Source: Octopus bimaculoides (lineage: Eukaryota). From it: a DNA stretch of 64,000 nt. Both the position numbers and the translations under genes were made by a program. Position 1 is the first letter of the stretch, and each line of letters starts with the position of its first letter. Where the stretch lies: positions 39,549,376 to 39,613,375 of the forward strand of contig NC_068990.1 in NCBI RefSeq assembly GCF_001194135.2, given 5' to 3'. Under the pieces are notes generated by a model. It did no database searches and had not been told where the DNA came from. It saw only the letters and a program-made list of their open reading frames with translations. Of the stretch, positions 50,052-63,942 are shown in pieces.

Positions 50052-52254
50052 TGCTGGTATATGGTTTGCAAGATCATTCTTAACATAAAATTTGTTGTTT
50101 AGCCCATGGTCAGCCCTGTTTGAATGACCAATAAGTCAAAGACATCCCAGCTGTGACTATTCCCTATTTTTGTTTTTTTAGATATTGATGTAGTTATGTA
50201 TACAATATGTTTTTACTTTCTTAAATTTTAGAGTATGAATTAAATAAAATAAAGTGCTATTTCTTGCAGATCAAGCAACCACAGAAAGACTCTTATTATT
50301 GTTTAGATAATCAATTTGTTTGCATGTTTGATAATTAAACAGACTAATTATGTATCTGATCATTTCTTTGCTTTCCTATAAACGAGCAGCACAGAACCAC
50401 ACCATCCAATATGTTCTTTTTATATGGAACTACTTTTTATTAAATAATATTTTATCTGTTTACACTTCAAGAAATTAATTTACATCAAACTTCGAAACAG
50501 TTTATCATGCAAAATTTTCCTAAATACATTCCTTTGTAAAGTAATTTTTATCTATGAAACAATTTTAAAAATAGAAAAAAATTTTGATACAAAATAAAAA
50601 TAGATTTGCCATCCCAAAATTTAATTTGAAAAAAAATAAAATATCCAATTTTAAAATTTGTATACAATAATCAATTGGTTTCTATTTACATTCTGAAGGT
50701 AAATGTGTACATGAATGTGTGTATGTGTGTGTGTATGTGTAAAATTAATTCACTGCAGATGTGTACATGAATTTATTTAATCATACAGGCCCAAACCTCA
50801 TGGTTACAAAATAAACTATGGATCCTTGAAGCAAATGTTCATCTTTCAGCTTTTCAACATGTTCTTCAAATGTAAAATATATTTTCTATTTAAAATTGTT
50901 GCCATCTGTATTATTTATATTATATTAAGAAGAATATTTCTATATTTAGAACTGTTGGCACTTATTTTATATTAAATATTCTATATTTAAAATTGTCCTG
51001 TAGATAAAATTATTTTACAAAATATTATATTTAAAGAATATATGTGATCCATAGCACTTACTTTATATTAAAATTTATTCTATATTTACCATTGTTCTAT
51101 AGCTATAATATCTTGCGAACAAATATTTTCATGAAATTTTTCTATGAAAATTCATTTTAATAAAAAAAATAGTCATTCACTGAAGTGTTGTTTAACAAAA
51201 AATGATTCAATATGAGGCTGTGTTACTGTAAACTATGATTTGTTGAAGATTTGGTTGGTATTTCTTGCAGGTCTATTAACCACAGAGATGCATGCATCGT
51301 TTGTGGTTTGTATTGCTGTTTTGGTAGAAGAGCTGGTTCAAATCTGCTTAAATAGACATACAGAATAGAGAATTAGGGGAGAGTAGATATCACAAATAGT
51401 TTGGAATTGCTGAAAAATGTAATATACTGTGGTTGATTTAATGAAATAAGGAGCCTTTATTCTTTGGGGTCTTGTGGCAGCATAAGAAATTCCTGATCTT
51501 ACATTCTGTCCATTTATCACTTGTAAACATAGTTCCAGAAAGTAGATCAGCAAAATATTGTAGTTTTAGCTGTGACCATCTCACCATTTTTCTACATCTA
51601 ACACTACATTTCTCAATGTGAGTTTCAAATCGTGAAGAATATGACTTGAGGGAGCTTAAACTACTATTTCTAGTAGATCAAACAAAAGTGTAAAGGATCC
51701 CTCATTGACATGACCACAGAAGAGGACATTTTATGTGGATAAGACTTCATTGTTTGAGATTCACTGGTGATGATCATGTTTGGTAGCTATATGTATCATT
51801 TGAAACTGGTGTAATCATTAACATTCCAATTATTTTAATGTGGATTCATACTTTCCTTTCAGAAATTTATAAAAAAACTACAGAAATGATGATTTCGTGT
51901 TTGAGTTTTGAAGTGATTTTTTTTTTTTTTACTATAGTTTCAGCTCAGAGCTGTGGCCATGCTGATGCACCACCGTTTAAAAAACGATAATCAATGTTAT
52001 TCGATTTTCAAACCTTATTGGGTTCTCATCAGAGGCGTCTACAACATTATGACACTGATGTTAATATTTCTGGATACATGTGGTTGGTTAAAAAATATAA
52101 ACTGAAGTTTGTTGTATAGGTTGAAGTTGACATCACATATAAACAGTTCTCAATGATTTATTAGTTATAATATTCTTCTTGTTAAACAGAGTAAGGTGCT
52201 TTATGAGTGTCAGATATTATATGTATTTATGTTTGAATATATATATATATACAT

Positions 52255-52650
52255 GTCTCTCTCTGTCAAACTCTAACTTTTCATCATCTGACACAAGTTC
52301 CCCTTCTCACATGCCTCTGCTCCTCTCAAAATTCCTTGCCTTGTGATTTAGTTAGTGACCCTGCCAGTGCTGGTGTCACATAAAAAAAATATACAGTGCA
52401 CACTGTAAAGTGGTTGGCATTTGGAAGGGCATCCAGTGGTAAAAATCATGCCAAAGTTAACCTCGCCTGTGCTGGTGCTACGTAAAAAGCACTGAGTCCA
52501 CTTTGCAGAGTGGTTGGTGTAAGGGAGGGCATTCAGCCATAAAAACCCTGCCAAAACAGACTTAGTAACCTGAAGTAATTTTCTACCTGGCCAACTCCTG
52601 TCAACCGTCATACCCATGCATGCATGCATGGAAGATGGACATTAAATGAT
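52255..52650 (+). mobile_element. RTE-type LINE 3' region with duplicated subrepeat
   Basis: Two copies of GTGCTGGTG..GTGGTTGG..AGGGCAT(C/T)CAG..ATGCCAAA; ends GCATGGAAGATGGACATTAAATGATG. Confidence 0.7.
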
Positions 52651-53179
52651 GCTCATGAGGAGGAGAATATTGTGTGTGTGTGTGTGCGTGCACACACGTG
52701 TGAGTAAGTGTGTGCATCTATATATATGTTTGTATATATGTATGTGTGCACATCTATGTTTGTATGTGTGCTTTAGCATATGAATATATGTATTGACACC
52801 AATCCAAGGAAGGTGAGTTGGTGCATTGAACATGCACTTTCACATGTACGAAAGTGAAGGGGGATACCAGGTTCTTAGTTGTAGGTTAGCTTGTGTGATT
52901 CTTTAAGCACTTTCACCAACACTGCATCTACATCATCCTCAAACACATACTGGATTGATACTAGCACTGAGGTGTTTGAATAGGCAGAGGGCACCATCAT
53001 TAAGACCACACATTTAAAGTCACAAGTGTGCAGAACAGGATGCATTTCCAGTATAGATTATTAACTATAAACTCCTAATAAAAATATGAAAAGCTGGTTT
53101 TGTACAATAAAATCATTTAAAATTGTATTTTTGAAAATTTGCTAAATAAACATTATTTATATATAATTTAATAGACATT

Positions 53180-53345
53180 AGGCACAGGAGTAGCTGTGTG
53201 GTAAATAGCTTGCTTACCAACCACATAGTTCTGGGTTCAGTCCCACTGCATGGCACCTTGGGCAAGTGTCTTCTATTATAGCCTCGAGCAGACCAAAGCA
53301 TTGTGAGTGGATTTGGTAGACAGAAACTGAAAGAAGCCCATCGTA

Positions 53346-53396
<51 letters not shown>

Positions 53397-53608
53397 ATAT
53401 GTTTGTGTGTTTGTGTTTGTCCCCCCAACTTCACTTGACAACTGATGCTGGTGTGTTTACGTCACCATAACTTAGCAGTTTGGCAAAAGAGACCAATAGA
53501 ATAAGTACTAGGCTTACAAAGGATAAGTCCTGGGGTCAATTTGCTCGACTAAAGGCGGTGCTCCAGCATGGCCACAGTCAAATGACTGAAACAAGTAAAA
53601 GAGTAAAA
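53180..53608 (+). mobile_element. SINE-B, full length
   Basis: Closely matches 1123-1516. Confidence 0.9.
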
Positions 53609-54399
53609 ATAGAGTATCAGGTATAAGAAATTTTGAAACATTGAAAGTGCACTGATTGGTACCCCCACCTCTGCACCCCATACAGTGTTAATTCATATCT
53701 AACTCACATATAGTGAACTTTTGAAAAATCATGTGGAAACCAGATATAGTTATTCTTGGTACTTTCATCATTTATATTTATAGTCAAATTCTTCTGGTGT
53801 TTATGTACTTATATACTTTCTGTGTACTATCTTATTGTCTAGGGTCAATATATTTTGCATATATTTTTATTGTTCTTGTGTGATACATCTAAAAATGTTA
53901 GCCATGTTGGTGGTAGTATTTATTGAAATAAATCTATCTTAAAATATTCTATCTTTATTTAAGATTATATACGCATTTAGTTACAATATAAGTGGGATCA
54001 CACCAATTATATTTGTAAAGGAGTTTAAACAAGCACATGCATGATTCATGTACAAACTAGCTGAACTTCTATGTCAAATTTTGTCATGAAAATAATTACA
54101 CTGAAATATTTCATTATTTAATTATAAGTAATTGACATTTTATCCAAGGAAATATACAAACACAAAAGAGATGTAATTACATATCTGTTTAATTATTAGA
54201 ATTCTTTTTTTATGCTAAACCTTCACGTTATTTTTTCCCAATTATGTTTTTTTTTCCATGTAGAAAACTTTGTTTAGGAACATTATAGCTAGACATGTAT
54301 AAAGTGTTTCAGGAAATCATATTATATGGGCATATATGTAAGTTTTACCTATATAATCTTTTAAACATACTTAACTATATGCAATTTTATAATCAGCTA

Positions 54400-55274
54400 C
54401 GATATCTGATCTATAAGTATCCGGACTACTGCCATAGTAACAAAGCTAAAACATGTAGAGTGAAGCTACTTGGCTGAGACTGACTTTGAACTGGACTGTG
54501 CATGTGCACTAAGTCCTGACGTTCTAGCTCACTTCTAATGTTTATAGCAGTGCTTGGAAGTAATGTGTGTAGCGTTTGATTGTAGCATTGACCATAACAG
54601 AAAAAGTTGTCATGGTGATACCTGTTCACAGGCCTACACAAAGTTGAAGAAAGTGTATGGAGAGGAGTCTATGAGCCGCAAACAAGTGTATGAGCGGTTT
54701 AGACATTTCAAAGATGGTAAAAAAAATGTAGATATTGACGAACGTTCTGAGAGACTCGCAACCAGTGTAACTGAGAGAAGTATCGCAGATGTGCATACAA
54801 CTGTGAGGGGAAATCTTTGAATCACCATCTGTGAGTTATCAAGAGAATGTGCAAATTAGAGATTAGTTACAGTTCAATTCAGTCCATTATCACTGAAGCA
54901 TTGGGTATGAGATGAATGTCTCATACCAAAAAGACGCTCAGATTTCAGTTGCACAAGATCTCCTTGATTGAGTCAAGAACAATGAAAATTTTTCAAAAAC
55001 TTTGCATAGGCCTCTGAGCAGGCATTGCCAAGCTTTTGGCAAGATTTGATGCAGATTCTCTGCTCAACATTCTCTGACATGGTCAATGCGATGATCACAT
55101 GCTACATACCTTCCTTCCAAGCACTGCTGTAAATATTGGAAGTAAGCTAGAACATTAAAACTTAGTGTGCATGCACAGAAGAGTTTAAGATTAATATGTG
55201 CCAAGCAGCTTTACTCTGCATGGTTTAGATTCATTACTATGGCAACAGTTTGGGTATTTATTGATCAAATCTCT
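54400..55274. mobile_element. Mariner-derived foldback element made of two inverted 5' ends
   Basis: About 54400-54642 pairs with 55003-55274; TA at both ends; + strand HTH remnant AYTKLKKVYGEESMSRKQVYERFRHFKDG; - strand MSENVEQRICIKSCQKLG. Confidence 0.85.
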
Positions 55275-55636
55275 TATAAAATATGTATTTTTACTTCATG
55301 CTGAGAGCATTAGACTTTTTGTAAGAAAGCTAGCAAATGTATACAGCAACAAGGACAAAAATAAAGAACATGGTACACAATTACAAATACAAACAACAAG
55401 AATATAACTATAGTTCAAATTTACAGAAAAACAAAAGACGAAGAAAGATGTAGGAACAGCAACCAGGTTTATTAGTTTAATGCTTGGGGAAAAATGGAAA
55501 AGTCTTTTATGTTTCGGGTCTTCGCTCTTCAACAGAAAGGAATAAGAGTGAAAAAATGGAAAGAGAATAAAATAAATGGAGACAGGTAAAAAATTCAAGC
55601 CACCAATATATCATACTTTCATACTTTTCAGTGTAT

Positions 55637-56260
55637 CAAGAGGGATAAAAATCAAACATCCAGTCAACATCATGGTGTTTGAAGTGATCACTATTGAAGG
55701 TGTCGTTATGCCATCATTCATCTTCCCACATGGCATCAGACTCAACACAGAGGCCTATATCAAATGCCTGGAGGAGTTAGTACTACCCTGTGTCAAGGGG
55801 GTGGCTGCTGGAAGATCTTATGTCTGGCAACAGGACTCTGCACCATTCAACACAAGCAGGAGAATGCAGTCACCACTGTCAGACAATTTCTTTGACCACA
55901 TCACCCCTAAAATCTGGCCACCTAATTCCCCAGATTGCAACCCCCTTGATTATTAGGTGTTGGGTGCAGTTGAGTGAGAGACCAACAAAACTCCTTGCAA
56001 CATCGAAAAATGAACTGAAGGCAAGGACTATGGTAGCATACACTAACTTAAACAAGGAGACTGTCCAGAAGAGATGAAGTAGATTCCAAAATCGTCTGGA
56101 GGCTCTGGGTGAAGTCAATGACGATTTTATTGAATAAATTTACTCTTTAGTATTTCAAGATAGTTTTATGTAATTTTGGTAAATATATCTAATAAAATGA
56201 GATGTCAGTATTATTTTCATTTTTGCGTAATTTAGATAACAGTTCATTCACCGCATCCTG
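55637..56260 (+). mobile_element. maT-like (DD37D) 3' half with right TIR
   Basis: WQQDSAP..WPPNSPDCNPLDY with 37 residues between the last two D; homologous to 16235-16859. Confidence 0.9.
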
Positions 56261-57053
56261 TTTATATATATANNNNNNNNNNNNNNNNNNNNNNNNNNNN
56301 NNNNNNNNNNNNNNNNNNNNNNNNNNNNNNNNNNNNNNNNNNNNNNNNNNNNNNNNNNNNNNNNNNNNNNNNNNNNNNNNNNNNNNNNNNNNNNNNNNNN
56401 NNNNNNNNNNNNNNNNNNNNNNNNNNNNNNNNNNNNNNNNNNNNNNNNNNNNNNNNNNNNNNNNNNNNNNNNNNNNNNNNNNNNNNNNNNNNNNNNNNNN
56501 NNNNNNNNNNNNNNNNNNNNNNNNNNNNNNNNNNNNNNNNNNNNNNNNNNNNNNNNNNNNNNNNNNNNNNNNNNNNNNNNNNNNNNNNNNNNNNNNNNNN
56601 NNNNNNNNNNNNNNNNNNNNNNNNNNNNNNNNNNNNNNNNNNNNNNNNNNNNNNNNNNNNNNNNNNNNNNNNNNNNNNNNNNNNNNNNNNNNNNNNNNNN
56701 NNNNNNNNNNNNNNNNNNNNNNNNNNNNNNNNNNNNNNNNNNNNNNNNNNNNNNNNNNNNNNNNNNNNNNNNNNNNNNNNNNNNNNNNNNNNNNNNNNNN
56801 NNNNNNNNNNNNNNNNNNNNNNNNNNNNNNNNNNNNNNNNNNNNNNNNNNNNNNNNNNNNNNNNNNNNNNNNNNNNNNNNNNNNNNNNNNNNNNNNNNNN
56901 NNNNNNNNNNNNNNNNNNNNNNNNNNNNNNNNNNNNNNNNNNNNNNNNNNNNNNNNNNNNNNNNNNNNNNNNNNNNNNNNNNNNNNNNNNNNNNNNNNNN
57001 NNNNNNNNNNNNNNNNNNNNNNNNNNNNNNNNNNNNNNNNNNNNNNNNNNNNN

Positions 57054-57122
<69 letters not shown>

Positions 57123-57690
57123 TGTGTGTGTGCACGTGTGAGTGTGCATGGGTATGTGTATGTGTGCACAGTCACACTTATATGCAGAATTATATATGCA
57201 TATGTTTAATATATTCATAATCAGGTATGGCTATAAATTTGTATAAGTGTATACAGAGGTGAGTAAAAAGAAATTATAACACATAGAAAATTGTTGAGTA
57301 TAAACACACTTACAACAGATATTATCAGAATTTCTTATTTAATTCAAGTATATATACATACATAGATACACATGCACACACACACACAGATATATACACA
57401 CGCATATACACATACACACATATACACACATTTACACACATATACACACGCACAGATATATATATACATATGTATATATATATATATGAGTGTTTGCTTG
57501 TATTGTGTGGACAAACATACATGGGTGTAGACTTCAGTAGCACGGATGTAAATTTGTATTTGTGTGTGAAACTTTGTATCTGGCATAAGGGATAAATGTA
57601 TGTATGTGTGTGTGTGTGTGTTTGTATGTGTAATGAGTAAATAAATATATATATGTTTGTGTATGGATGTATAAATATGTATGTATTATC

Positions 57691-57757
<67 letters not shown>

Positions 57758-58620
57758 CACACATACTTATGCGTATGCATTGTCTTATACTTATATACCA
57801 ATAGATATATATGTACACAAGCATACATTTACACACACATACACACATATATACAGTCCACCCAATGCAGCTATTAAAAAGCAGATTTAAATGACAATGG
57901 TGTTGATGATGATGATGATGATGACGATGACAATGATGATGACGACGATGACAACGATGACGATAGTGGTATATATTTATACATACCAATGCATATACAT
58001 TCACCTATAAACACATGAAAAATTATGTACGACTTTTAGTTCCTGTTTTACCTTGAAACTCCCTTCCCCTCCCCTTTAATCACCTGCAGATGTGGCACAT
58101 TCCCTTGCTTTGCTATAGTTCTAACACTTAGGCATTAGTACATTGCTACATGTGCAGGTGTTAACTAGTTCATATTGGTGTTTCAAAGTGCAACCATCTG
58201 CACTAGATACTACACACTGCACAAAACTCTCTTCGCTAAAACCTTATGGTTTACACTAGAAACTTGTTCTGACAAAGTAAGAAGAAAGGCCAGTGAATTC
58301 GTAGACTGAATTAAATATAGCCAAGAAATAAAATTGAATATTTTATTGATAGAAAAGAAAAGAAAAAAAAAAAATGAACAGAAAAGTGAGGAAGTGGTGG
58401 GGGAGGGGAGGAGGAAGTGGTGGTGGGAGGAGGAGGAAGAAAAAGAACAGACAAAAAGGAAATGAGAGGGGTACAGAGAAAAGAGGAAGGTGTGAATCAA
58501 AAGGGAATCACAGTAACTGCATTGAAAAATATTGATAGACTGGTTATTTTATGTTCTATTGTGTATGTGTGTGTGTGTACATATGTGTGAGTGTACATGT
58601 CAGAGCAAAAGTTGTGTGTG

Positions 58621-58651
<31 letters not shown>

Positions 58652-58701
58652 CTACACACACACAAACATGGATACACACACATACACGCGCACAAACACC
58701 A

Positions 58702-58742
<41 letters not shown>

Positions 58743-59221
58743 NNNNNNNNNNNNNNNNNNNNNNNNNNNNNNNNNNNNNNNNNNNNNNNNNNNNNNNNNN
58801 NNNNNNNNNNNNNNNNNNNNNNNNNNNNNNNNNNNNNNNNNNNNNNNNNNNNNNNNNNNNNNNNNNNNNNNNNNNNNNNNNNNNNNNNNNNNNNNNNNNN
58901 NNNNNNNNNNNNNNNNNNNNNNNNNNNNNNNNNNNNNNNNNNNNNNNNNNNNNNNNNNNNNNNNNNNNNNNNNNNNNNNNNNNNNNNNNNNNNNNNNNNN
59001 NNNNNNNNNNNNNNNNNNNNNNNNNNNNNNNNNNNNNNNNNNNNNNNNNNNNNNNNNNNNNNNNNNNNNNNNNNNNNNNNNNNNNNNNNNNNNNNNNNNN
59101 NNNNNNNNNNNNNNNNNNNNNNNNNNNNNNNNNNNNNNNNNNNNNNNNNNNNNNNNNNNNNNNNNNNNNNNNNNNNNNNNNNNNNNNNNNNNNNNNNNNN
59201 NNATATATATATATATATATA

Positions 59222-59358
59222 TACGACAGGCTTCTCTCAGTTTCCATCTACCAAATCCACTCACAAGGCTTTGGTCGGACTGAAGCTATAGTAGAAGACA
59301 CTTGCCCAAGGTGCCATGCAGTGGGACTGAACCTGGAACCATGTGGTTGGTAAGCAAC
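59222..59358 (-). mobile_element. SINE-B head fragment
   Basis: Reverse complement of the SINE-B 5' region; remainder presumably in the gap. Confidence 0.85.
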
Positions 59359-59359
59359 A

Positions 59360-61010
59360 TGGTTACAATAACGATTCAACATGGTTACAATAACAATTCT
59401 AAAATGGATCAGCCATCTGCCCAATGTAAACATAGAGCCCTCCACTTGTGTGCATGGTACATTTATATATAAGATTTGTACTTATACAGAGATTCATCAA
59501 TGGCCATTTTGATTTTTCTCTGCATGAGCATTTATTGTATTTATTTGTATATAAGGCAGTCCTCACTCCATTTACTGTCGTTTTTACCATGCTATCTGTA
59601 TCGTAAGTATTTCTACTACTACAAATTGGTCGTATTTGGTGTTTATCAATGCGGTATACATTTCCTTGGTTGGTATTTAGATGCAAATGTTTGCTAGGTC
59701 CAGTCGGTGGGTTATTGAACTTTTGCCACATTTTGCTACTGTTTATCCGATGCATAAACTGCTCTAAATTAGCAGAGTTGGCATAACATGATACTGATTA
59801 GATTTAGAAAAACACTTTTCCAAAGTAAAAAATTTTCCAGCGATCTTGGTTGAAACATGCATACCGAAAATCAGGTTGAACCAGAGGACATCCTGATTCT
59901 TATATCTGTTGTTAGGCTTATTTTATCGAGTGTGTTGTACAGGATTGGAACAAGGCGAGTTGAATTATTATGTCGTGTGTGTCTATGAGTTTTCGTTAGT
60001 AGTTCATTGATATGACCAATTCTTTCTGGCCCGTATTCTTTATTTGAGTGAGTTCTCAAACAGTAACATTGTGGTGGTATACGATGTGCATCACAGTTGG
60101 TGGAATTACCAGTGTTGCATTTGCCTGCTTCTTGCATATATTGAATTTTTTCACAGTACCCAGCCCTATTTAGAGCAGCATTATAATAAGTTGCGTGAGA
60201 TTCGAAAATTTTCTTATTAGCAGATAATCTATAGATTCTTGTAGAAATATTTTAAACTAATCCCCATATAATCGAGGGTGGATGGTTGGATGCTACGTTA
60301 ATGTATTTAATATGATCATTTGGTTTATGAAATAGTTCAAATAATCCAGTATCAAGACAGAAGGTAGCATCAAGATAATTCACTCAACGATAATCTTTAC
60401 CTATAGTAATGTTTAGACCTAAATTTTTGAAAAGTCTAAAGAAATTTTTCCTATGCCTTTCTAACTGTACTTTACTACTTCTGTCTAGAAAATATAAAGT
60501 GTTACCCCTGTATAGACCCCCTATTACTTCCGGAAAGGAACATTGGGTTAATGAAAGGTTATATATTCCAACTAGATCACTAGCCTGAGCAGAATCATGC
60601 GAGCCCATTGCTATAGCAAATGCATTCTCCCTATCTAATCTACTTCATAATCTACCATCAAAATCTACTAGAGTGGCTCACATGGCAAGTATATTATTTA
60701 TTTCACGTCAGGACAAATTGGAATTTTTCATGCTAAAAATCAGGGCTTGATTAAGAATGATCGTGTTGATAGTGGCATTGTAACACTCTATTGTTACTAG
60801 TTGCAAGAATTCACTATTCTTACTAATTTCTAGAAGTTTGAACCATCCAATCACCTCTTGGGTATCAGACCAGAGGGCTAATATAATTTTAGACTTAAGG
60901 AAGAGTATTACTCTATCAATGATATTTTTTACTAATAATGCCTATATCGGATTTAGAAGGACAAAACAATCTGAGGGGTCAATAAGAAAGTTATAATAAT
61001 TTTGCAGCAG
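59360..61010 (-). mobile_element. Penelope-like element, RT then Cys-rich linker then GIY-YIG, pseudogenised
   Basis: PSKSDIG-like start, MGSHDSAQASDLVGIY..GLYR..VNYLD..YIN..SNHPP, ILWFN, CSCREKSKWPLMNLC..LIY..YVYIGQ. Confidence 0.9.
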
Positions 61011-61034
61011 CTTTAATAAAAGCATACATGCATG

Positions 61035-61082
<48 letters not shown>

Positions 61083-62415
61083 NNNNNNNNNNNNNNNNNN
61101 NNNNNNNNNNNNNNNNNNNNNNNNNNNNNNNNNNNNNNNNNNNNNNNNNNNNNNNNNNNNNNNNNNNNNNNNNNNNNNNNNNNNNNNNNNNNNNNNNNNN
61201 NNNNNNNNNNNNNNNNNNNNNNNNNNNNNNNNNNNNNNNNNNNNNNNNNNNNNNNNNNNNNNNNNNNNNNNNNNNNNNNNNNNNNNNNNNNNNNNNNNNN
61301 NNNNNNNNNNNNNNNNNNNNNNNNNNNNNNNNNNNNNNNNNNNNNNNNNNNNNNNNNNNNNNNNNNNNNNNNNNNNNNNNNNNNNNNNNNNNNNNNNNNN
61401 NNTATATATAGGCAATTAATGACTCACTAGACATTAGCTCAGAGTTTCATAGGTACAAGAGAACATGTTAAATCAATTGAATGATTGCTTCCATGCCTGT
61501 AATGACTGTCTTAGCCATTAACTACCTACCTACAGATATATACTCTCCATGATGTATACAATGCGCTTCTCTTTCACTTGTACACATACACATGTGTGAA
61601 TTTTGTGTGTACATATATAAATTTATACATACATGCACATGTGTGTGTATACTTCCTTATGTTAGGTTCACTAAAAAAAGACTACAAAATGAACAGCTAC
61701 AAAAACCATCCTTTTACTGGCTCACATTGAAAATAATTGTAAATGCAACTATTTGGCACCAGAATTACAATGTGGATTTCAAAAACTGTAACAGGAAAAA
61801 GATAAAGTATATATAATATTTATTAAAAATGTTCATTTTGATTTCCTGATGACAAATACACCCACCTACGTATTGTGTCATATATCTACACACAGGAAAT
61901 GCTTCAAAATTTATTTTTTGTCAAGCCATATGTCTATCTGCTTATCCACCTACCTACTGACCTGCCTCTATCTCTGTCTGTCTGTATATATGTATGTGTG
62001 TATACACATATTTATGTATGTTTTTATATATGTATGCATTACTATTTTTCTGTCTCTGTCTTTATCTCATTCTCTTTTACCATATATGCATGTGTGTGTG
62101 CGTGTGTATCTGTGTGTGCACGTATGCATGTATGTGTGTGTGTGTTTTTGTATATGTATGTGTCCTCTCTTTGCCTTTCTTTTGAATTCGCTTTAGTGAC
62201 AAATAGTTACATTTACAATTATTTATTGTTTACACTGAATAAACATGTATATATGTGAGGGGATTTTGTGTGTATGTGTGTGTGTGTTTAAAGGAACCTG
62301 TTTGTTATATATGTGTTTATCGGTAAACATATGTGTGTTTGTGCTTATCAAACTCAAACTATGTGTGATTGTTGGTTTTTAGATATGTGTATCTGTCACC
62401 AGAAGTAACACTTAC

Positions 62416-62815
62416 GTAAAATTTTTCCAGTGTGAATTCTTTTGGGCGTTGTTTAAAAAATGTTAAAGATAAAGGATTCTCACATATTTTACAGTTATAA
62501 GGTTTTTCTCCAGTAAGATGACGCTTGTGGATAACAAGTTTTGAAATCTTAATGAAAGATTTCCCACATATTTCAGTGAAATGGTTTTGCTCCACTGCGT
62601 ATTCTTTTGTGTTTTGCTAAAATATTGTTATAGATAAAATATCTTCCACATATCTCAGACTGGTATGCTTTTCCCCCTATTGTGTATTCCTTTGTGCAAG
62701 ATGACTTCATATTTTGACAAGAATGTCTTCCTATAAACCTCACACTGACATTCACCAATATATATGTCTAAAGGTCTTTGTTAAGTAAATGTCTCACTGC
62801 ATAAAGGTTTCCCAT
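62416..62815 (-). pseudogene. Decayed C2H2 zinc-finger array, about 4-5 fingers
   Basis: [32 protein letters not shown]; [22 protein letters not shown]; frameshifts and lost Cys/His; GTAAGT donor at 62410-62415 on the minus strand. Confidence 0.85.
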
Positions 62816-62851
62816 CACAACATTATTGTCAAGCTGGTAGGCTATCTTTTA

Positions 62852-62933
62852 GTTAAGAGACCTCAAAATCTCTTACACTTAAGCTTTGCAATATCCATCA
62901 AAAAATCTCAAGGTCAGACACTGAAGATAGTTG
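62852..62933 (+). mobile_element. Helitron/PIF1-type helicase C-terminal motif remnant
   Basis: KRPQNLLHLSFAISIKKSQGQTLKIV resembles the KRxQFPxxLxFAxTINKSQGQTL motif. Confidence 0.6.
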
Positions 62934-63152
62934 ATGCTATATCTTGGTGCTATATCTCACATAGTTGGTGCTATATCTTGGATGTTCCAGTGTTGGATGG
63001 CTGGCAAGATTGGAGCAATGTCGAGTATAATAAGCCGAAATTGTGAAGATAATCTGGTACTTGACTGAGGAAAGAAAACTTTATGTCAATACCCAGGTCC
63101 CTCACTGATTATATGTATATATATATTATTACGTTCAGCAATTCGTTTTGCA

Positions 63153-63241
<89 letters not shown>

Positions 63242-63242
63242 T

Positions 63243-63256
63243 AGATAGATAGATAT

Positions 63257-63339
<83 letters not shown>

Positions 63340-63358
63340 GATAGGTAGGTAGATAGAT

Positions 63359-63393
<35 letters not shown>

Positions 63394-63410
63394 TAGATGG
63401 ATAGATAGAT
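63243..63410. repeat. (GATA)n/(GACA)n microsatellite after a long (TA)n
   Basis: Direct sequence. Confidence 0.95.
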
Positions 63411-63942
63411 TATATATATAAATATATATATGTACACATATCCACTCCCTTGCTGTATCTTTTTTGATATAGATTGACATGCACATTGTGTTTTATACAT
63501 ACAGTATTTATAAATGTGTACTTGTAAAAATTGTATACATGTGTGGATAGCTGTTGCTCTCTTTGTATGTAAATATTTTCTCTGTCCATATGTGTAATTA
63601 TGTATTTGTATTTTTCAGTTCTAACAGTTTGGAACTTTATGAACCCATCTGCTCTTTCCCTTACATAAACAACTTAACGCACAAGCGTCAACCTTTCCAT
63701 GACTGCAATATCCTCCAGAGTACATTCTTTCATAATAAAATCTACTTCACTCACAATTTAATAACCCCTATAATCTTCAAACAACATTCTCTAGCCAAAG
63801 CTTCTATTCTGCTACTCCTTAAATTCACTTTCCTTTATTTAAAACCAAATTACCATTCTTAGATAAAGACCATATTGATCAAGATTAATATCTATTAAGA
63901 GCAAAAAATTTGTGTCTGTTATTGAAACTAACAGAAACACAT

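Noticed and set aside
58091-58158. Strong acceptor with a downstream GT
   Set aside because: All three frames contain stops; no other support
60180-60950. In-frame TGA codons in the Penelope RT as possible selenocysteines (known for Naiad PLEs)
   Set aside because: Domain order is RT then EN, not Naiad; the TGAs fall where Arg or Trp is expected (CGA/TGG decay); a TAA and downstream frameshifts are also present; no SECIS seen
10759-61434. Long ORFs in the supplied track containing X runs or YI/TH/CV repeats
   Set aside because: They are translations of N-gaps and (TA)n/(CA)n microsatellites
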